NCBI GenBank assembly: GCA_024679065.1
Contig: JAGIQG010000002.1
Span: 117,862,001 to 117,926,000 of the forward strand
DNA from: Sphyrna mokarran
Taxonomy: Eukaryota
Length of the DNA: 64,000 nt
Reading direction: 5' to 3'
In this document: positions 62,063 to 64,000 of the stretch, piece after piece
Layout of the letters: each line of letters opens with the position of its first letter
Numbering within the stretch: the stretch's first letter is position 1
Notes under the pieces: model-generated
What the model saw: the letters and a program-made list of their open reading frames with translations, nothing else
Database searches by the model: none
Told to the model about the DNA's origin: nothing
Made by a program: the position numbers and the translations under genes

Positions 62063-62810
62063 GCAGTGTTCTGGTCTGCAATAGCATTCATATCAACACA
62101 GACAGTCACAGATTGCTGATTAGAATGCGAATCCTTACATCTAACCTGCTATTCAAGTGTTAAAGTGGCTAACAATGTGTGTGAAGGGAATCCTGAGCAT
62201 TGGTTAGAGAATTGTGTGTTTTCTCCAGACAGCACAGTAAGTAAGGTTTTTTGCTAACCCAGGCAAGTTACGGGGGTTACAGATAGTGTGTCATGAAGCC
62301 AAGATCCCTATTAAGACTGTCCTTGTGTGCGGAACTTGGCTATCAGTCTCTGCTCAGCGACTCTGCGTTGTCATGTGTCGTTCCGCACACGAGGACGGCC
62401 TTAATAGGGATCTTGGCTTCATGACACAGGGGTTACAGATAGTGTGTCATGAAGCCAAGATCCCTATTAAGACCGTCCTCGTGTGCGGAACGACACACGA
62501 CAGCGCAGAGTCGCTGAGCAGAGACTGATAGCCAAGTTCCGCACACATGAGGACAGTCTTAATAGGGATCTTGGCTTCATGACACACTATCTGTAACCCC
62601 CGTAACTTGCCTGGGTTAGCAAAAAACCTTACTTACTTTGCTGTCGGGAGAAAATACACAATTCTCTAACCAATGCTCAGGATTCCCTTCACACACATTG
62701 TTAGCCACTTTAACACTTGAATAGCAGGTTAGATGTAAGGATTCGCATTCTAATCAGCAATCTGTGACTGTCTGTGTTGATATGAATGCTATTGCAGACC
62801 AGAACACTGC

Positions 62811-62850
62811 ATTTGCCTGACGAAGGCCATAGAGTCGAAAGCTCGCAAAT
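62811..62850 (+). ncRNA. Minimal type I hammerhead ribozyme motif (right arm)
   Basis: ATTTGC-CTGACGA-A-GGC(CATAGA)GTC-GAAA-GCT-C-GCAAAT: perfect 6-bp stem I, intact core, predicted cleavage after C62844. Confidence 0.82.
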
Positions 62851-64000
62851 TTACTATCAAATAAATTGGTTGGATTTAAAATTGGTGTTGTAAAACTTTA
62901 CTGAGTTTACCCCAGTCCAACGCCGGCATCTCTACATCATGACATTAGTGTGTTCCAGGATTTTGACCTAGTGACAGTGAAGGAATGGCGATATATTTCT
63001 AGATCAGGATGATGTGTGGCTTGGTGGGGAAGCTCTGGTGATGGTGTTCCCATGTGCCTAATGCAATTGTTTTTCTAGTTGGTAGCAGTCATGGGTTTGA
63101 AAGGTGCTGCCAAGGAATCTTGGTAATTTCCTACAATGCATCTTAAAGGTGTTGCATACTGTTGCCACTTTGCCAGTGGTGGAAGAAGTGAATGTTTGTG
63201 GAAGGGGTATCAATTAAGTTGGTTACTTTGTCCTGGATGGTATCAAGCTTCTTGTATTGTTGGAGCTGTACTGAACAAAGCTAGGGGAATTTCACAGTAA
63301 CTTCATTGCAATGTTAATGTAAGCCTTGCTTGTAACTAATGAATAAACCTTTTAAAAACTTTAAAAAAAAAGTGGAGATCGTTCCATCATGTTGCTGACT
63401 TATGCCTGGTAGATGGTGGGTTGGCTTTGGGACTCAGGAAGTGAGTTACCCTCTACGTGATTCCTAGCTTCCTACCTGTTTTTGTAGTCACTGTATTTAT
63501 ATGGTTGGTCCAATTTAGTTATTGGTTAATAATAACCTCCAGCACGTTGATAGTGGATGATTCAGCAATAGTAATGCCATTGAATACCAAATGGCAATGG
63601 TTAGATTCTCTCTTGTTGGAGATGGTCACTGCTTGGTGAATGTTACTTGCCACTTATCAGTCCAAGCCTGGATATTGTTCAGGTCTTGCTGCAATTGGAT
63701 ATGGATTGCTTCAGTGTCTGAGGAGTCACAAATGGTGCTGAATGTTGTGCAATCGTCAGCAAACATCCCCACTTCTGTCCGTATGATGGCAGGAAGATCA
63801 TTGATGAAGCAGTTGAAGATGGTTGGACCTAAAACAGTATTCTGAGGAACTCCTGCCCTGGAACTGAGATGACTGACTTCTAACTACCCCTATCAATCTG
63901 CCTTTGTTTAGGTATGATAGCAGAGAGTTGATTTCCATCGACACTGTTTTGTTGAGGCCCCTTGAAGCCCAGTCTTTCATGGGCAGTTGCTCTCACCTCA

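Larger units (their letters stand above)
61968..62941. mobile_element. Palindromic Penelope-like insertion (arms 61968-62428 and 62443-62905, 14-nt loop, + strand 3' tail to ~62941)
   Basis: The arms are reverse complements. The right arm encodes QRRVAEQRLIAKFRT..EDSLNRDLGFMTHYL* and matches 43140-43587. Imperfect TSD ACATTA(GA)GTGTG at 61955-61967 and 62942-62952. Confidence 0.95.
61826..64000 (-). mobile_element. Old CR1/L2-group LINE 3' half, interrupted by the PLE palindrome
   Basis: Reverse complement gives GMFADDCT and LQQDLNNIQAW. Same family as 27475-28765. Confidence 0.8.

Noticed and set aside
62286-62528. 80-aa ORF with repeated CHEAKIPIKTVLVCGT
   Set aside because: By-product of the nested palindrome, not a repeat protein.

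Overview
Eukaryotic, repeat-rich DNA from a cartilaginous fish (shark), judged from HE1/V-type SINEs, DeuSINE-like SINEs and CR1/HER1-like LINEs. The + strand carries the last six coding exons of CAP2 (11801-33793) followed by the CpG-rich promoter and first two coding exons of FAM8A1 (44069-60168), the same order as in human. Most of the remainder is nested transposable elements: CR1 (one full-length 4.05 kb copy plus young truncated sisters), RTE, Rex1/Babar, Gypsy LTRs, Harbinger remnants, SINEs and Penelope-like elements (PLEs). The most striking structures are: (1) a 938-bp near-perfect, internally nested PLE palindrome in FAM8A1 intron 2 with a minimal hammerhead-ribozyme motif in each arm; (2) a related hammerhead in a PLE just upstream of the FAM8A1 promoter; (3) an unexplained inverted repeat with ~465-bp arms and a homogenised core between the two genes; (4) a CR1 LINE whose 3' UTR appears to contain a captured V-SINE; (5) a near-full-length, internally expanded U2 snRNA derivative. 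Everything was read by eye with no database search. Repeat family names and old-element boundaries are approximate.
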